Shown: in pieces, positions 39,702 to 50,675 of the stretch
Numbering within the stretch: the stretch's first letter is position 1
Layout: each line of letters begins with the position of its first letter
DNA from: an uncultured delta proteobacterium
GTDB lineage: Bacteria; Myxococcota; UBA727; VGSZ01
Assembly: GCA_963775425.1 (NCBI GenBank)
Contig: CAVZJB010000005.1
Location: 32,001 to 96,000 of the forward strand
Reading direction: 5' to 3'
Length of the DNA stretch: 64,000 nucleotides
Notes under the pieces: model-generated
Told to the model about the DNA's origin: nothing
The model's input: only the letters and a program-made list of their open reading frames with translations
Database searches by the model: none
Position numbers and translations under genes: made by a program

Positions 39702-40412
39702 CTACATCCAATACTCGTTGCCGTCGGTGCAGCGGACAATCCAGCGGCCGTAGCAGTCGCCGTCCTCGTAGTAGCCGTCGTCGACGTACTCGTAGCCGCA
39801 GTCGTCGGGGCCGTAGCAGACGTAGTCGTAGTAGGAGGTGTCGACCCAGCAATCGGGATCGCAGTAGGTGTCGCGCCAGATCCACCAGCAGACGTCGTCC
39901 TCGGCCTCCGTCGGCGTCTGCGGCACCGCGGAGGGCATCGGCGTCGCCGTGCCGAGGAAGCACGCGCACTCGAAGGCGGACCAGGTGCCGCCGTCGGCCT
40001 CGCACTGCGACGGGCCCGCGCCGCCGGGGTCGCATTGGCAGGTGTCGTCGACGCAGGCGAAGCCGGGCCGCTCGGTGTCGGTGGCCGCGCCGCAGTCGCT
40101 CGCCACGGCGCACGCCGCTTGCGCGTCGGCGGGGATGCCCGGGTCGCCGTCGCTGACGACGCCGTCGCCGTCGGGGTCGTCGGCGGCGGGGGGGCCGGCG
40201 TCGTCGGGCGCGGGTTGCTGCGGATGAGCGCCGTCCGGGTCGGTGCCGTCGGTCGGGTTGGCGGCGGCGCTGCCGTCGTCGGTGCCGTGGTCGGCGGGGG
40301 GAGCGCTCGCTTGCGTCTGCGGGCCCTGGGGAGGCGGCGGCGGTTGACCGGGGTCGACCGCGTTCACGCAGGCCGTGAGCGACAGGAACAGGGCGGCGAC
40401 GACGACCCTCAC
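39702..40412 (-). CDS. Lipoprotein with Cys-rich and Tyr/Asp/Trp-rich C-terminus
   Basis: LSLTAC lipobox, Pro/Asp linker, CWWIWRDTYC...YYDYVCYG...YYEDGDCYG. Confidence 0.65.
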   Translation of the reverse strand: MRVVVAALFLSLTACVNAVDPGQPPPPPQGPQTQASAPPADHGTDDGSAAANPTDGTDPDGAHPQQPAPDDAGPPAADDPDGDGVVSDGDPGIPADAQAACAVASDCGAATDTERPGFACVDDTCQCDPGGAGPSQCEADGGTWSAFECACFLGTATPMPSAVPQTPTEAEDDVCWWIWRDTYCDPDCWVDTSYYDYVCYGPDDCGYEYVDDGYYEDGDCYGRWIVRCTDGNEYWM

Positions 40413-40513
40413 GCCCTGTGTATCGGCCCCCGGTAGCGAAAGGTGCGATACGTACAACGCACTGATCTATCGACACTTTTCTGGATCTGCGCCGTCGACC
40501 GCGCTCCGAGGCG

Positions 40514-40623
40514 CTCCGGTCGCTGCGTCACGCGCGGCCGCTCCCTCCGGTCGCTGCGTCACGCGCGGCCGCTCCCTCCGGTCGCTGGGTCACGCGCGGC
40601 CGCTCCCTCCGGTCGCTGGGTCA
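40514..40623. repeat. 31-bp tandem repeat (3.5 copies), REP-like
   Basis: CTCCGGTCGCTG(C/G)GTCACGCGCGGCCGCTCC at 40514, 40545, 40576 and partial at 40607; no spacers. Confidence 0.9.
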
Positions 40624-42624
40624 AGCGCTGTGTCGGCGGCGCACGAAGACGAGGAGCACGACGAGGGGGAACGCGCCCGCGCCGGTGGCCGCGCAGCCGC
40701 CGGCGGCCTGGTAGCCCTGTTGCGCCTGCTGCACCGCGTTCGGGTCCTGGGCGCCGCCACCGCTCGAGGGGTCCCCGCCGGCTCCGGTGCCGGCTCCGGT
40801 GCCGTCGCCGGCGCCCGTCCCGCCCCCCGTCCCGGCTCCGGTGCCGTCGCCGGCGCCCGTCCCGCCCCCCGTCCCGGCTCCGGTGCCGTCGCCCGGACCC
40901 GTCCCGCCGCCGGTGCCGCCGCCGGTGCCGCCACCCGTGCCGCCGCCGGTGCCGTCGCCGGGGCCGGTGCCGCCGGTGCCGCCGGTGCCGGTGCCGCCGC
41001 CGCTGAAGTCCGTGCCGCCGCCATCGCCGGTCCCCCCGCCGTTCGAGCCCTCGACGCAGCTCGCGCCGGACGCGGCGACGACGAAGCCGGTGTCGCAGGT
41101 GCAGGCGCTGCCGTCGGCGAGGAGGTGCGCGTTCACGGGGCAGAAGCCGCCCACGATCGGGAGGGTCCCCCCGCCGCTCGTGCCCGGATCGCTCGGATCG
41201 GTGGTGCCGTCCGGCGGCGGATTGGTCGGGTTGGTGGGATCGGTCGTCGTCGACGGCGGGTGCGGGGGCTCCGTGAGGGCGCCCGTCGTCGTCAGCGCCT
41301 TCGACACGGCGTCGGCGGCGTCGAGCGACGCGCGGTCCCCGCAGCCGGTGCAGCCGTAGGGCGAGCTCGTGAGGATGGTCTTCACCTGCGCGGGCGAGAG
41401 CAGCGGGTTGAGCGCCTGCATGAGCGACACGACGCCGGCGACGTGCGGCGCCGCCATCGACGTGCCCTCGAGGAACTTGTAGCCGTCGGTGGTCGCGCCG
41501 TCGATGGAGAGGATCTCACCGTACTCGTCGTAGCCCGCGGTGCTGTCGCCGCCCGGCGCCACGATGTTCACGCGTGCGTCGAAGCTTGAATACGGCGCGA
41601 GCGCGTAGGTCGGGCCATGCGCCGCCACCGCGAGGACGTTCGGGCAGTTGGCGGGAGCGCCGGTGGCGCCGCCGGGATCGTTGCCGCCGGCGGCGACGAC
41701 GACGACGCCGGAGCGCACGATCTCGTTGTAGATGTCCGTCTCGAACGACGTGCACGCGCCCGCCGCGCCGAGGCTCAGGTTGATGACGCTGACGTGGTCG
41801 GCGCCGATGTCCGGCACGCCGTCGACGTGAAAGCCCGCGAGCCACGCGGCGCCCTCGGCGATGTCGACGATGGAGCCGTCGCCGCCGGAGAGCGCGCGCA
41901 CCGTCACCAGCCGCGCGTCCCAGTTCACGCCGACGACGCCGATGCTGTTGTCCGCCTGCGCCACCATGGTGCCGGCGACGTGCGCGCCGTGGAATTCGCC
42001 GTCGGGGCCGTCGTCGCGGTAGTCGAAGTCGCGCCCGTCGCCGTCGTTGGCGAGGGCCGGGTCGCTGATGAAGTCGAAGCCCTCGAGGTCAGCGGGCGTG
42101 AGGTCCTGGTGCAGGACGAGGCCGGAGTCGACCATGCCGACGCGCTGGTCGGGCAGGCCCACGGTGCTGTCCCACGCCTGCTCGGCGCTGATGTCGGCCA
42201 TGCCCCAGAGGTACTGCCAGCCCTCGTCGTTGGGCACGCGCTGCTCGAACTCGTGGCCGATGGCGTCGGCGGCGACCACGTTCGCGCCCTTGCGCAGGCG
42301 CGCGACCGCGCGCTCGGTGCCGGCGACGGTGCTCGTGCTCACGTCGACGATGAGCCAGCCGAAGAGGCTCCTGCGCTCGAGGCGGACGCCGAGCGCGGCC
42401 AGCGCCGCCTTCTCGTCGGTGCCGGGCTTGAGCTTGAGGAGCGCGTGGCCGGGCTCGGCGCCGGGAGGCGGCAGCGGCCGGGCGCCCTTGCGCGCCGACA
42501 CGGGCGCGGCGTGCGCGGGGACGGCCGCGAGGGCGAGCGCACACCCGGCCACGGCGCAAAACGCGCTCGCCACGGTGGGGCGGAGGCGGGCGAGGGGGGC
42601 GGCGCGGTTGTTCATCCCGTTCAT
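40621..42624 (-). CDS. S8 subtilisin-like serine peptidase with Gly/Thr linker and MYXO-CTERM-like sorting signal
   Basis: MVDSG, HGAHVAG, AAGGND, GTSMAAPHVAG; C-terminal GGCAATG, TM helix, RRR. Confidence 0.9.
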   Translation of the reverse strand: MNGMNNRAAPLARLRPTVASAFCAVAGCALALAAVPAHAAPVSARKGARPLPPPGAEPGHALLKLKPGTDEKAALAALGVRLERRSLFGWLIVDVSTSTVAGTERAVARLRKGANVVAADAIGHEFEQRVPNDEGWQYLWGMADISAEQAWDSTVGLPDQRVGMVDSGLVLHQDLTPADLEGFDFISDPALANDGDGRDFDYRDDGPDGEFHGAHVAGTMVAQADNSIGVVGVNWDARLVTVRALSGGDGSIVDIAEGAAWLAGFHVDGVPDIGADHVSVINLSLGAAGACTSFETDIYNEIVRSGVVVVAAGGNDPGGATGAPANCPNVLAVAAHGPTYALAPYSSFDARVNIVAPGGDSTAGYDEYGEILSIDGATTDGYKFLEGTSMAAPHVAGVVSLMQALNPLLSPAQVKTILTSSPYGCTGCGDRASLDAADAVSKALTTTGALTEPPHPPSTTTDPTNPTNPPPDGTTDPSDPGTSGGGTLPIVGGFCPVNAHLLADGSACTCDTGFVVAASGASCVEGSNGGGTGDGGGTDFSGGGTGTGGTGGTGPGDGTGGGTGGGTGGGTGGGTGPGDGTGAGTGGGTGAGDGTGAGTGGGTGAGDGTGAGTGAGGDPSSGGGAQDPNAVQQAQQGYQAAGGCAATGAGAFPLVVLLVFVRRRHSA

Positions 42625-42780
42625 TGTCGGCAGCGACGGCGCCTTGGCCCTCGCTGCGGCGTCGGTGCTGCGGCGGATGCTCCATGTAGGCGCACCTCGA
42701 TCGCGCTTGATCATGGTCACGGGGACGTCCGTCGACGTCGGCAAAGGTCGTACCTCGCGGTACGTGGTAGCCTGCGCGCG

Positions 42781-43658
<878 letters not shown>

Positions 43659-43662
<4 letters not shown>

Positions 43663-44768
43663 TGCGCACCGCCGCCCGGGAGAGCGCGCGCCCGTCAGGG
43701 ATGTCGGCGCTGGTGACGCTCGGGGCGCTCGTCGCCTGCACCGCGGGCTGCACGCTGCGCTCCGACGACCTCTACTTCGCACCGTGCGCGGGTGACGCCG
43801 ACTGCGGCGACGGCCTCGTCTGCGACGCCGCCCGCCACGTCTGCCTCGATCCGGGCGAGGGCGAGGGCGAAGGCGAAGGCGAAGGAGAAGGCGAGGGCGA
43901 GGGCGAGCACCGCTGCAACCTCGACGGCTTCTGCGCCGCCGACGAGTCCTTGCCGTGCCTGGACTGCATCGCGTGCAACCACGACGGTGCCTGCGGCCTC
44001 ATCGAGTCCGCGGAGACGTGCTCGGACTGCGCGGGCCAGGAGGGCGAAGGAGAAGGCGAGGGCGAAGGCGAAGGCGAAGGCGAGGGCGAAGGCGAAGGCG
44101 GCGCGGGTGACCCCTGCGACGACGCCTTCGCCTGCACCGTCGACGACCGGTCGCAGCCCGGCGGGGATTGCATCGGCCAATACGCCGGTGACGCCGCGTC
44201 CTGCGGCGGCTGCACCGATGACTGTTCGCAAGCCTGCTTCCCGTGTTGCACCTCCGCCGTCGAGCAGGCCTGCAGCAGCGGATGCGGCACGTGCCTGATC
44301 GCGTGCGGAGCCGGCTGTGACCTCGGGTGCAACGAGTCCGTGTGCTCGACGCTTCAACAGGCCGCGCCCGGCGACACCGCCACGCTCGCTTGCCATGTGG
44401 CGACGTGCCGCACCGACATGATTGGCGCCGCCGAATTCGACTGCACCGAAGGCTCCTCGTGCGTCGGGACGCTCCACGATGGGCCCGCCTACCAGGGCAA
44501 CTGCGTCGCCTCCCAATGCGTGTGGGGCCTCGCGGGCGGTGCGACGGCGGCGAGCAGCTTCGTCTGCAGCAACGCCGCGCAGTGCGCCCTCGGAGCCACG
44601 GGCATCCCCGTCGAGGTCTCCCTCGATTGCCAGGGAAGCTCCTCGTGCGCCATGGACTGCTCGACGTCCGTGTGCTCGCTCATCTGCGCCGCCGGCGCCA
44701 CCTGCGCCTTGACCTGCGACGGCGCGCCGCGCACGTGCGCGTCCGGCACCACCTGCACCTGCCCGTGA
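43659..44768 (+). CDS. Cys-rich lipoprotein with (GE)n repeats
   Basis: TAGC lipobox, two GEGEGE tracts, very high Cys content; ATGA overlap with upstream gene. Confidence 0.7.
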
Positions 44769-44769
44769 G

Positions 44770-47700
44770 TCAGTGCGGGAACGCCAGGATGACGACGGCG
44801 TCGCCGAACGCGTTCACCACGTACGGCCCCGCGGCGGAGACGTCCTCGCTCGAGGGGTTGCAGCCGAGACCCACGTCGACGAAGAACGGCGGCGTGTCGT
44901 CCCAGGGGGCGAACCAGGCGCCGCTCACGTTGTCGAGCGCCGGCGGGTCCTGCACGCAGCCGTTGGGCGCGATGGCGTAGCGCGGGTCCGGGCTCGAGAC
45001 GAGCCCCGTCCCGAACGTCGCGAAGGAGTGCGGGTAGCCGGGGAAGAGCGAGCGCGTCGTCGTCACCGACCACGCGTCGAGATCGACGAAGGTGCGGTCG
45101 TCCGACGACGAGCCCGGCCACACGATGACGTCGGGCTCCTCGGGCGGCGCGGCGCCGTCGGCCTTGAGCACGAGGCGCCCCGGCGAGATGTTGCTGCCGA
45201 GATCGAGCTCGGTGGCGTCGAGCGCGGGCGTCCCCGTGTCGAACGTGATGCGCGCGAGCTTGGCAGCGCCGGTGGAGTCGTAGGCGAACACGTACTCGCC
45301 GCGCGCCGCGTCGACGACGCTGCCCCAGATGTCGTCGCCGTTGAAGCCCCCGCCCATGGGCAGGTCGACCACCGTGGGCGTGGCCTGATCGAAGGTGGAC
45401 AGGTCGACGACGACGAAGCCGTCCTGCTCCGGGAACACCACCCAGCTCTTGCCGTCGGCGAGCGACGACACGAGCGCGAACTGGTCGCCGTTGCTGCAGC
45501 CGGAGCAGGGCGGGCGCGCGCCCGTGACGTCCTTGGCGGTCCGCGTGCCGTCGGGGGCGATGCGCACGAGGCGCGCCGGCGGCGACGAGGGCGCGCGGCC
45601 GATGCACGGCAGGTAGAAGGTGCCGTCGACGTCGACGACGGGCTTGCCCATGGAGTCGTTGAACGGCTCGTTGCACACGCTCGCGTCACCGGGAGCGATG
45701 ACGGTGTAGCTCGACGACGTCAGCGGCGCCGCCAGGTCGACGAGCAACGCGCGCAGATCGCCGGCGTCCGTGCGCACGAGCGAGAGCATGCGGCCGTTCA
45801 CCGGGTCGGCGGCGGCGCGGTCGATGGAGTCGCTCTCGAAGTGCTTGCCGTCGGCGGCGGGCACCACGGCGGCGATCGTGGCGGCGTCGAGGTCGACGAG
45901 CACGAGGTGGGACGTGAAGCTGTCGTCGTCGACCGCCATGAGCCCCGTGCCCGACGCGGGCTCGATGAGAGGCATCACCGAGGGCGTGAGCCCTGTGAGG
46001 CCGCCGCCGTCGGCGGGGAGCGTGGAGGCCGTGATGAGGTCGGCGGTGCGCAAGGCGAACGGCGGGACACAGGTGGCGGGCTCGCTGGCGCTGCCGGTGC
46101 AGTCGTCGGGGCCGACGGCGATGGGGGCGCCGTTTTCGTCGGGCGCGACGTCGGTGACGACGACGCCGGCGTCGAAACCCGGGCGCTCGCCGCAAGCCGC
46201 GTAGCCGGTGGCGCTCGGCCGAAGCGTGAGCGCGAAGGTCCAGCGCGGGCCGTCCTGCGACAGCGCCTCGCAGCGGATCTGGTCGAAGGCGGACGCGGGA
46301 TCGCAGGGCGTGGAGGCGGTGGGCACCAGGGTGGCGGAGCACGCGGGCGCGCTCGGCACCTGATCGGGGTCGACGACGAGGAACGACAGCGTGTACTCGG
46401 CAAAGCCCGGCGGCGGGAGCGTGCGCGCGGAGACGTCGGGCGTCACCACCGACGGCGCGTCGTTCACGAGCGGCGACACGTGGAGGTTCAGCGTGGCGTC
46501 GTCGATGGGCGCGCCGCCGGCGTCGGTGAACGAGAACGTGCACGGGATGCCCGCGGCGGTCTGGGACACGGCGACGTCGTTATCGGGCGCCCAGGTGAAC
46601 AGGAAGCCCGCGCCGTCCGCGTCGAGCGAGAAGCGCCCGGGACAAGAGGAGACGGCGAGGTGATCGGTGGAGGTGTCGTCCCCGAGGTCCTCGTCGAAGA
46701 TCAACAGGCGCGCGGTGTCGGCGCGGCCGAGCGCGTCGGCGTCCTGGATCTCGCCGCTGAGCGCCGGGTCGGGCGTGACCTCGGTGAAGTCGAGCGCGGT
46801 GTTGTCGTCGACGAGGAGGACGGTGGGATCGGGGACGTCCGCCACCGTGGCGCTCGCGGTGGGCCCGTCGCCGACGGAGGCGCCGCCGGCGCGCGCCTCG
46901 AGCGCGATGTCGACGACGCCGACGAAGGGCTCGTCGGGGACGAAGCGCACGCGCCACGCGCCGGCGCCGGGGCGGTCGTCGCTGTCGGCGCCCACGGCTT
47001 CGAGCGTCCAGCCCTCGTGCCCGCGCGCGTCGGCGGCGGGGGCGACCACGGGCGCGCCGCCGTCGGTGGGGAGCGTGAGCGTGGCGACGGGCGTGCCGGC
47101 GCCGGCGTTGTGGTGGCGCACGCTGATGACGAGCTGGTGCGGCGTGTCGTCGGCGTCGACGCTCTCGACGTCCCAGAAGGTCTCGCTCTCGTCGGCGAGC
47201 GCGTCGAGCGGCGACTCGGGGGTGAACGTCATCGCGGGCGGCTCGTTGGGCGAGCACGGATCGGTGGCGGTGATGACCTCGGTGTAGTTGTCGCGGCCGT
47301 CGCCGTCGGCGTCGAAGTCGAGGCCGGGGACGTCGTCGCCGACGGTGGACTTGAAGTCGGCGTCCTTGAAGCCCGCGAAGGTTTCGGGGAAGGGGAACGT
47401 GACGCGCGGGCTGAAAAACGCGCCGATGATGACCTTGGAGCCCGCGGCGCCGCACGCGCTCTGCTCGCGCAAGACGGTGTCGAAGCGGACGAGGACGGAG
47501 TAGTCGCCCCGGCCGAGCTCGTTGCCCTTGGGCACGGTGTAGCTGCACGGATCGTCCGGCGTGGAGGTCATCTCCACGTCGAGGGTGGCGCCGCCGCCGA
47601 CGTCGAGCTTGTCCATCACGAGGCGCGCCGCCGTGTTCTGGCACAGCTCGATGGCGTCGAGCCCCCGGGCCGCGCGCCCGGGCAGGTGGACGACGAGCGC

Positions 47701-47790
47701 GCCGCCCGCGGGCGCGCACCCCGCGAGCGCGAGCATGACGACTGCGGCGAGCGCGCGCGCATCCGCCGCGAAGGAGGCGCGCGCGGTCAT
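44770..47790 (-). CDS. Large lipoprotein: Ig/cadherin-like repeats and C-terminal beta-propeller-like region
   Basis: LALAGC lipobox; DADGDGRDNYTE Ca-binding-like motif, NEPP/VNDAP, D.D motifs; ATGA coupling to PEGA gene. Confidence 0.65.
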   Translation of the reverse strand: MTARASFAADARALAAVVMLALAGCAPAGGALVVHLPGRAARGLDAIELCQNTAARLVMDKLDVGGGATLDVEMTSTPDDPCSYTVPKGNELGRGDYSVLVRFDTVLREQSACGAAGSKVIIGAFFSPRVTFPFPETFAGFKDADFKSTVGDDVPGLDFDADGDGRDNYTEVITATDPCSPNEPPAMTFTPESPLDALADESETFWDVESVDADDTPHQLVISVRHHNAGAGTPVATLTLPTDGGAPVVAPAADARGHEGWTLEAVGADSDDRPGAGAWRVRFVPDEPFVGVVDIALEARAGGASVGDGPTASATVADVPDPTVLLVDDNTALDFTEVTPDPALSGEIQDADALGRADTARLLIFDEDLGDDTSTDHLAVSSCPGRFSLDADGAGFLFTWAPDNDVAVSQTAAGIPCTFSFTDAGGAPIDDATLNLHVSPLVNDAPSVVTPDVSARTLPPPGFAEYTLSFLVVDPDQVPSAPACSATLVPTASTPCDPASAFDQIRCEALSQDGPRWTFALTLRPSATGYAACGERPGFDAGVVVTDVAPDENGAPIAVGPDDCTGSASEPATCVPPFALRTADLITASTLPADGGGLTGLTPSVMPLIEPASGTGLMAVDDDSFTSHLVLVDLDAATIAAVVPAADGKHFESDSIDRAAADPVNGRMLSLVRTDAGDLRALLVDLAAPLTSSSYTVIAPGDASVCNEPFNDSMGKPVVDVDGTFYLPCIGRAPSSPPARLVRIAPDGTRTAKDVTGARPPCSGCSNGDQFALVSSLADGKSWVVFPEQDGFVVVDLSTFDQATPTVVDLPMGGGFNGDDIWGSVVDAARGEYVFAYDSTGAAKLARITFDTGTPALDATELDLGSNISPGRLVLKADGAAPPEEPDVIVWPGSSSDDRTFVDLDAWSVTTTRSLFPGYPHSFATFGTGLVSSPDPRYAIAPNGCVQDPPALDNVSGAWFAPWDDTPPFFVDVGLGCNPSSEDVSAAGPYVVNAFGDAVVILAFPH

Positions 47791-49076
47791 TCGGCACCTC
47801 GGTTCGGCAACTTGGCCGTGACGTTCACCGGGAACGTGCGGTTGGCGTCGTAGATGAGGTAGCCGACGCCCGCGCCGGCGGCGCTGACGGCGACGACGCC
47901 GACGCCGGCGGTGGCCGTCCAGAACCACCACGTCTCGTACCAGGCGTCGGGCGTGCGCTCGAGCTCGACGTAGACCGGCGTGGTCTCGCCGGGGTTCACG
48001 TACACGTCGTTCACCCAGTCGATGCAGTGCTCGGCGGTGACGCGCACCGAGTGCCGGCCGGGCGAAAAGCCGTTGTGCGGCGGCATGGGCACCGCTCCGA
48101 GGGCGACGCCGTCGACGTAGACCTGCGCGCCCGCGACGTTGGCGCTCGGCTGGACGGCGCCCTGCTCCTTGGCGTCGATGCCGAGCAGCCGGCGGCCCGC
48201 GTGCCGGATGGCGCGGAGCAGCTCACCCTCGCTGCCGCGGTAGGCCTCGGTGATGCGGTTTTCGACCGCGACGCGTCTGGTGGAGATGAGGCGCAGGGAG
48301 ATGACGTAGCTGTCCGAGAGCTTGCCCACCGTGCCGACGACGAGCCGCTCGACCCCGAGCGCGCCGCCGAGCTCGGCGAGGCACTGCGCGTCGTCGCTGC
48401 AGCCCATCGCGCTCTTGTCCTTGTCGAGCTGAAGCATCGCGACGACGTCGTCGCGCCCGAGGACGGTGGCGCCGTCGACGCGCTTGATCTCCGTGGACAA
48501 CAACTGCGTGAGGTTGGTGGCGACGCTCGGGCTCACGCCGGCCGCCTGCAGGTCGAGCACGGCGAAGGAGCGCGCCTCGCCGCTCGGCAGGACGAACCTG
48601 GGCTTCAGCGCGTCGCCGCCGCCGAACAACGCCTCGGCGAGCGCGCGGGCGCGGGCGGGGACGTCGGCGGCCTGCTCCACCGACGCGCTCTGGCGCGCGC
48701 GGACGAAGGCGCGCGCGGGCTCGATGAGCGAGATGGTGAGCGTGATCTCGCTGCCGACGCGGCCGACGCTCGCGCGCACGACGACGTCGGCGTCGGCGGA
48801 GCGCGAGATCTCGGCCATGCACGCCTCGTCGGTCTCGCAGCCGAGGATGGCCTTGGTCTTTTCGTGGCTCACCACGGCCTTCAGCTCGTCGAGCGTCATG
48901 ACCTTGAGGCCCTTCTTGCCCGTGAGGCCCTCCGCGATCTGCAGCGTGGCTTGCTTGCGAACGGCCTCGTCGGCCCCGTTGCCGGCGACGTCGAGGACGA
49001 GGACCCGCTCGGGCCCCTTGGCAGGCGCCGGGGCGGCGGGCGTCGAGAGGGCGAGCGCGGCGATGAGAGACAGCAT
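47787..49076 (-). CDS. PEGA domain protein with two TolB-N/DUF2380-like domains
   Basis: Signal peptide; GC..D..C.AE twice; GAQVYVDG..PGRHSV; WYETWWFW followed by TM helix. Confidence 0.8.
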   Translation of the reverse strand: MLSLIAALALSTPAAPAPAKGPERVLVLDVAGNGADEAVRKQATLQIAEGLTGKKGLKVMTLDELKAVVSHEKTKAILGCETDEACMAEISRSADADVVVRASVGRVGSEITLTISLIEPARAFVRARQSASVEQAADVPARARALAEALFGGGDALKPRFVLPSGEARSFAVLDLQAAGVSPSVATNLTQLLSTEIKRVDGATVLGRDDVVAMLQLDKDKSAMGCSDDAQCLAELGGALGVERLVVGTVGKLSDSYVISLRLISTRRVAVENRITEAYRGSEGELLRAIRHAGRRLLGIDAKEQGAVQPSANVAGAQVYVDGVALGAVPMPPHNGFSPGRHSVRVTAEHCIDWVNDVYVNPGETTPVYVELERTPDAWYETWWFWTATAGVGVVAVSAAGAGVGYLIYDANRTFPVNVTAKLPNRGAE

Positions 49077-49191
49077 CGCCACGATCGTCGACGATGCGCG
49101 CGGTCGCGGGCAAGCCCGCCGGCGTGACGGAACGCGCCGAAGCGCCGCGCGACGTGGGGCCGCGCCCGCGCCGAGAGCCTCGGGGCGCGCG

Positions 49192-50529
49192 TCAGACCGC
49201 GAAGAAGTCGATGAGCCGCTGGCGCATGGCGTCAGCGTCACGCATGCCCATGGCGACGAGATCGCTGGCGTATTCGCCGTCGAACAGCAGGTAGCTCAAC
49301 AGATCACCCTCGCGCTCGCCGCCGGCGCCGGCGACGCGGCGGATGATGGGGCCCATGACGCCGCCCGCGCGGCTCACGACGCTCCCCATGCGCACGTGCT
49401 TGGACGCGACGGCGGCGATGTCCTCGTTGGGCCGGATCATCAGCGCGTCCACCTTGCGGTAGCCGGAGCCGCGCCGCTGGAGCATGGAGCTCGCCAGCGC
49501 GTCGGTGAACTCCTCACCGAACGCCTGCTCGCCGGCCTCGATCAGCGCGTTGAAGCGCTCGAGGCGTTGAAGGTCGTACTCGGTCTTGTCTGACAACAGC
49601 GCGTTCAAGATCTTGCCGAGGAGGAACGGCGCCGACGGCGACTGGTCCACGCCGGCGGGCGGCACCATGCCGGCGTCGTCCGGCTCGTCCTTGGCCTTCA
49701 GGCCGACGACGAGGATACGGTCGGCGCCGAGGCGTACCGCCGGCGAGATGGGCGTGTTGAGCTTCAAGCCACCGTCGCAATACACGTCGCCGCCGATGTC
49801 GACGCACGGGAAGATCCACGGGATGGCCGCCGACGCCAGCGCGTGCTCCGGCCCGATGTCCACGGCCACCGCCTTCACCTGCGGGTCCGTCGACCACGGG
49901 GGCAGGCGCTTGCCCTTCACCTGCACGAAGCTGTGGGTCTTGCCCGACGCGAGGTGCGTGGCGTTCACGCAGACGCCGTAGAGGTCACCCGCCTCGAGGT
50001 TCTTGGTGATGTTGGACCAGCGCGTGCCCCGGCGGACCAGCTGCTCGAGCGGCGCCGTGTTCAACAGCCCGCCCAGGCGGCCGGGCCCCACCACCTCGTC
50101 GAGCTCGCCGCGGCCGCGGGAGCCGAGCAGAAAGCGAGGCAGGTGAGACAGCTCGCGCCAGCCGACCTTGTACACGCCCTCGATCCGCAGCCTCTCCCAG
50201 ACCTCGGCGAGCGCTCGGCCTTGCAGCTCCGGCGCGTGCGCGTTGGCCGCGAGGAAGCAGGCGTTGATGGCCCCGACGGACGTCCCCGTGACGATCTCGA
50301 AGCGGGCGTGCGCGCGAACGCGCGGCGGCAGCTCGTCGCGGATGTACTTGATGACGCCGGCCTCGTAGGCGCCGCGGGCGCCGCCGCCGGACAAGACGAT
50401 GCCGGTGAGGGGCGCCCGCCGCTTCTTCCAGTGCACCGGCTCCGCGTCCCCCTCGAGGGCCGGCGCCGCCGGGCGCTCCATGGGTGTGGGCGTCTGCGTC
50501 GGTGTCTGCGGAGGATCCTCGAGCGCCAC
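49192..50529 (-). CDS. Patatin-like phospholipase
   Basis: LSGGGARGAY, GTSVGA (GxSxG), ASAAIP, DGG. Confidence 0.92.
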   Translation of the reverse strand: MALEDPPQTPTQTPTPMERPAAPALEGDAEPVHWKKRRAPLTGIVLSGGGARGAYEAGVIKYIRDELPPRVRAHARFEIVTGTSVGAINACFLAANAHAPELQGRALAEVWERLRIEGVYKVGWRELSHLPRFLLGSRGRGELDEVVGPGRLGGLLNTAPLEQLVRRGTRWSNITKNLEAGDLYGVCVNATHLASGKTHSFVQVKGKRLPPWSTDPQVKAVAVDIGPEHALASAAIPWIFPCVDIGGDVYCDGGLKLNTPISPAVRLGADRILVVGLKAKDEPDDAGMVPPAGVDQSPSAPFLLGKILNALLSDKTEYDLQRLERFNALIEAGEQAFGEEFTDALASSMLQRRGSGYRKVDALMIRPNEDIAAVASKHVRMGSVVSRAGGVMGPIIRRVAGAGGEREGDLLSYLLFDGEYASDLVAMGMRDADAMRQRLIDFFAV

Positions 50530-50675
50530 GGCGTCATCCTACCTTCGCCGCGATGCGTCGCCTAGCGTGGCAGCGCGCCGGGGCCGCCCTGCCGTGCCCC
50601 GGCGCAGGAGTCTCAAGCCGGGGGTCGTCGGCACACAAATCGAAATGTGGCCGGGCCTCCCCTAGAGTTGCGCGC

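Noticed and set aside
40514-40623. 31-bp repeats as a CRISPR array
   Set aside because: Units are directly adjacent with no unique spacers, and there are no cas genes in the window
44773-47853. Long antisense or alternate-frame ORFs (also 2212-4521, 5831-8524, 10715-13180, 35642-38674 and others)
   Set aside because: Shadow ORFs caused by high GC and scarce stops; Arg/Gly/Ala-rich with no motifs and overlapping well-supported genes
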